Assembly: GCF_036365525.1 (NCBI RefSeq)
Contig: NC_090378.1
Span: forward strand, 98,576,116-98,640,115
Length of the DNA stretch: 64,000 bases
Reading direction: 5' to 3'
Source: Heterodontus francisci
Taxonomy: Eukaryota
In this document: positions 59,519 through 64,000 of the stretch, piece after piece
Layout of the letters: every line of letters begins with the position of its first letter
How positions within the stretch are numbered: position 1 is the first letter of the stretch
Translations under genes and position numbers: made by a program
The notes under the pieces: model-generated
The model's input: only the letters and a program-made list of their open reading frames with translations
What the model was told of the DNA's origin: nothing
The model's database searches: none

Positions 59519-60924
59519 ACTTGGACTTCTAGACCTGCCAAATGTAATGCAACAATCATTTGCTTTCCAGATTTAAAATGTCAGCTGTTTTTGATGCAAG
59601 CCTGACTTAAAATAAACAGCTCCTGCGTCACTCTCACCCTTCATATACGTCAGTCTTTTAGCAGTTTGTCAAGCAGAGAACTCTCTACTGTTAAAATGAT
59701 CAACTCCTTCCCCATGTCCAATGAAAATTATTTAGTTGCTCAAGGGATTGCATTAATGAGCAAGAGCCAACAAAATACAAGGTATGAGGCAGCTTGATTC
59801 ATATCAATAGTTCTTAAAGATGGAAGAAAATTGGCAGTAGCAGGTCAGGTTATAACTGATCCACAAAATGCTCCAGTGGACCAGTAACTTAAACAAAGGA
59901 AAGAAAGTAATGTGGGAGAAACTTTACCATAGTTAATAATTTACACAGAGTATTCCTCAAAGGAAACATAACCAAATTTCACTTGGCCTTGTATTTGATG
60001 TTTGGAAAGGATTCTTTAGATTAAATAGAATGGAGCAGAAAATGATCAAAACAAAAAGACACATCTACATGGCCATTTGGACTAAACTGAAAACCACAAA
60101 TGTGAAGGAAATGGTTGCCAAGAAAACCCTGGGTGTAATATCACAGCACTAGATGCCACCATTAATACAGAAGCACCACAGGATTCATATGAATCTCTGG
60201 TGCCAGTGGTGAATGGAGACTTGTGACTGAAAAATAATGGATTTGATAGCAGTCAGTATGACCATCTTTTTTCTAAAATAGTGATGTAGCAAAATCAAAT
60301 ACAATTTGACACACGCACTGATGGATAAATAATTTTATAGATCTAACTATACTTCAGCAGAGTTCAATTTAAATTGGACACTGCTTTTTCTTTTTAAAAA
60401 GACATTCTTCTGAATTGTTAAGTATATGTTTTCCTCTCCATCCATCAAGCACTGAAAGACAGTAAAATTAAGAATGCTTTGAACTCAATGATTTACAGGC
60501 AAAGTACTGGGAAAGAACTAAGTACAGGACAGGACAGAAACTCCTGTATCGTCAGTCCAATCGAGTAACGCTTGCTTTCCCCATCTGTTAAGCAATTTTA
60601 CTTAAAGATAAATGGGTTAAACTTATCACTGAAATCTTTTTCGGAGACACAAGAAAGAAACCATGATATCCCCATGTGGGTCAGCTACATTTCTATCTCA
60701 AAACAGCATAAGCTACTTCAAAAAAAGGGAAACTGATCATGTGAATCAAGGAGTTCCTCCAGTCAACTGGAAGACTGGCTCTCACATCAGAACTCCTACT
60801 TACAACACACATCCCTTTTCCTATAATATTAATTTGGCACAATATCTAACATTTTCCAGTCTCGTCATTTTACCCTACAAAGTTTCTTATATCTTTAAAC
60901 TCGTTGTGCATACACTCTAACTTT

Positions 60925-61203
60925 AGAGTCATAGAGTGATCCAGCACTGAAACAGACCCTTTGGCCCACCAAGTCTGTTCTGACCAACAACCACCCATTT
61001 ATACTAATCCTACATTAATTCCATATTCCCTACCACATCCCCACCATTCTCCTACCACCTACTTACACTAGGAGCAATTTACAATGGCCAATTTACCTAT
61101 CAACCTGCAAGCCTTTGGCTGTGGGAGGAAACCGGAGCACCCAGTAGAAACTCATGCGGTCACAGGGAGAACTTGGAAACTCCGCACAGGTAGTACCCAG
61201 AAC
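60925..61203 (-). mobile_element. 5'-truncated HE1-like V-SINE
   Basis: Homologous to 2968-3313; possible AACTTT TSD (60919-60924 / 61201-61206). Confidence 0.82.
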
Positions 61204-61559
61204 TTTGTCCAATATCGATGTGTTCGCAGCAATAATGTTCCATCTAAGCAGGAACTGATGAATTCCCCCAAAGGGATTTGAGTTGTACGTCCTAACATTT
61301 TTGTGCTAAAATCTGTCTCATTCAAATCAATTCCCCTTCCTCTATTATTTGGGAAAATTAGATTTTACCTTGCTGGCATTAACATTACATTTTAGAAAAC
61401 AGTCGATGGGAAAAGGAGTGTGTTTCTCTCAAGCTGCTTCAAATTACTGATGTTAAACTACAAGATTTCACACTGTTGAGCTCAGGATTTTAAATTAAAT
61501 TTCTATATCATATCATTTTACTACTTGCTTACAATTGACTGTGAATCAATAATTCGCTA

Positions 61560-62145
61560 GGTAGCCCACTTTATGCATGAACAACAGCACCTTTAAACAT
61601 AGATGATATCCCAAGGCATTTGGGGAAAAAAATGCTGAGCCAAGGACAAGGTATTCGGAGATATGAGGAAAATTTTGGCTTTAACAAAGGGTCTTGTAGG
61701 AGGTGTGAAGAATTCAGTGTGTGGGGTCTAGGTGAATGAAGGGATAGGGGAAGCAGAAGAGGCCAGAGTCAGGAGGAAGAGAGTTTGTGGGTGGGGGGGG
61801 GGGGGGGAGGGGGAAAAAGAGAAATGTAGGGCTGTAGGATGTTACGATGATAGGAAGGGACAAGACCATGAAGGGATTAAAACACAAGAATTTTGAGGTG
61901 CAATGAGGAGCCAGCATAGATCAGCTAGGACAGGGGAGATAGGCAAGCAGGAGTTGGTGTGGGGTGGGATACAGGCAGTAGAGTTTTTAGACCGAAAGCT
62001 CGAGGAGGGTAAAAAGGATGGAAGGCCAGACAACAGAGCACTGTAATAGTAGAGTGTAGAGGAGGTGACAGACTTTCAGCAGCAGACAGGCTGAGGCAAT
62101 GAAGATGAGCAATGTTAGAGGTGGAAGTTGGCAATGTAATGAACA
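61560..62145 (-). mobile_element. L2 LINE 3' fragment
   Basis: Minus-strand translation resembles an L2 C-terminus (NIAHL..LSLSAAESL, ISPVLADLCWL). Confidence 0.6.
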
Positions 62146-63294
62146 AAATCAGTGGAGGAGGGGGCGGCGGGTTAGACAGACTGTTGAGTTCTATTGAAGA
62201 GGTGATCTATTGGATATGGTGCAAATGCACTGTATTTATGGATCCTATGAATTTTATCATGTTTCATTTTGGTTTAATAACATGTCTACATTCCAAGGAG
62301 CAAAGTAGGTCACTAATTTCCTGTTGGCACCACATCTTTCGACAAATCACAAGTAAAGCCCGCTAAGCGATCCTTCTACCATTATATCCAAAATGCTGAC
62401 AAAGGCATTTTTGTACAGTATTATATGCATGTTTGATAATCAAAACGTAAATATGAAAACTTTGTATATGTCTACAATTTGACTCGAGTTCAATAAATGC
62501 GACAAATCCTCCTAGATTAAAAAGGTGAAAAAAAATTGTCCAGACAATCGCTGCAGTAAGCGATGATCTCTTATTGCCCGTTCAAATAGGACATGTAAAT
62601 TAATTACATCCAAGCATAAAAACCTGAGTGACAGGAAAAGACCAGTTGGCCCATTGAGCCTGCCCCATAGACATGTGGTTGAGTATCATGACCTTCAGTG
62701 CTCCCATTCAGAGAGACCTGATATGTTGCATTAGGTGCCAATGTACTCTTCTTACCTCCGCTTCACATTATCCCAAGCCATAGGGTAAAAACAGCAATAT
62801 CCAGCATGTAAAGGTTTGTTTGGAACTGAAGCTAAATGTGAAACTAACCAAGCAGTTATCATTCTAAAGATACTCCAGAACAATGAAGTCAAGATATGTG
62901 AATGCCTGCACCATTGTACAAAATCATCTTCATTTTGTTATAAGCTGTGAACAAGCGCCATATCCCCAACTTGGCTAGAAAAGTTCCCAGCCTTCTGATC
63001 ACAGCTTTCCAGAAAAACCAGGCCAGCTGCCCTCCCACTGTAGCATCGAATCACTTCTTAAATGAACTGCAAAAAAAAACCTGTCAAACATGTTGAAATG
63101 AAAAAGACACACATTCACAGGGCTTTAGATTGGCTGACGTTAGCACTTGTGACCAGTTGAGTTTCTTCAGCCCAAACAAAATTAAATATATTCGACAATA
63201 CACTTGCGAAGTTTACATCTGTTGATGAGACAGTGTCCCTTTGAATATGGATCCCCATACAAAACACCTCTTGGTATCAACTGCTCTCAGACTC

Positions 63295-64000
63295 TCTGAA
63301 ACAGGCCCTTTGGCCCTTCATGCCAATGCTGGCCATCAAGCAACTATCTCTTCTAGTCCCATTTTCCAGCACTTGGCCCATAGCCTTGTATGCTATGGCA
63401 TTTCAAGTGTGCATCTAAATACTTAAATGTTGAGGGTTCTTGCCTCTACCACCCATACAGGCAGTGTATTCCAGATTCCAACAACCCCCCGGGTGAATTT
63501 TTTTTTCCTCAAATCCCCTCTAAACATTCTGCCCTTGACCTTAAATCTATGCCTCCTGGTTATAGACACCAAGGGAAAAAGTTTCTTCCCATCTACCCTA
63601 TGCCCCTCAATTTTGTATACCTCAATCAGGTCCCCCCTCAGCATTCTCTGCTCTAAGGAAAATAACCCGAGCCTATCCAGTCTCTCTTCCCAGCTGAAAT
63701 GCTCCAGCCCAGGCAACATCCTGGCAAATCTCCTCTACACCCTCTCCACTGTAATCACATCCTTCCTATAGTGTGGCAACCAGAACTGTACATAATACAA
63801 GAGCTGTGGTTTAACTAACGTTTTATACAGCTCCATCATAACCTCCCTGCTCTTACATTCTATGCCTCGGCTAATAAAGACAAGTATCCCATATGCCTTC
63901 CTAAACACCTTATCTACTTGTGCTGCTGCCTTCAGTGATCTATGGCCATGGACACCAAGGTCCCTCTAACCGTCTGTACTTCCTAGGGTCCTACCATCCA
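63295..64000 (-). mobile_element. CR1 3' portion running off the window end
   Basis: ORF 63423-63719: MLPGLEHFSWEERLDRLGLFSLEQRMLRGDLIEVYK. Confidence 0.9.

Noticed and set aside
1-64000. Prokaryotic-type systems (operons, CRISPR, retrons, defence islands)
   Set aside because: All RT sequences are non-LTR or Penelope retroelement types; the window is vertebrate, repeat-rich DNA.

Overview
Vertebrate nuclear DNA, almost certainly from a shark or ray, judged from HE1-type V-SINEs, Deu-type SINEs and abundant CR1 LINEs. The only host protein-coding sequence I can support is an intact, single-coding-exon APOBEC4 (39592-40692, +). Most of the rest is retroelements and transposons: a young CR1 with an uninterrupted EN-RT ORF2 (9128-12985), nested CR1 clusters (13.5-23.7 kb and 28.1-31.2 kb), RTE, L2 and Penelope fragments, four solo LTRs with 4-bp TSDs, and two MITEs. 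Four signals are most interesting. (1) A U_UUA_AAC slippery heptamer lies at the ORF1/ORF2 overlap of two different CR1 families, with ORF2 in the -1 frame, suggesting programmed -1 ribosomal frameshifting. (2) An ORF1-less LINE carries a tRNA/SINE-type head, is nearly free of TTTT, and has a matching head+tail SINE in the same window. (3) A 220-bp near-perfect palindromic Penelope-derived element has a 15-bp TSD and hammerhead-ribozyme remnants. (4) The young CR1 has a monomer-repeat 5'UTR and an internal deletion of the ORF1 N-terminus. Repeat boundaries were read by eye and are approximate. Family names and human comparisons come from recall, not from database searches.
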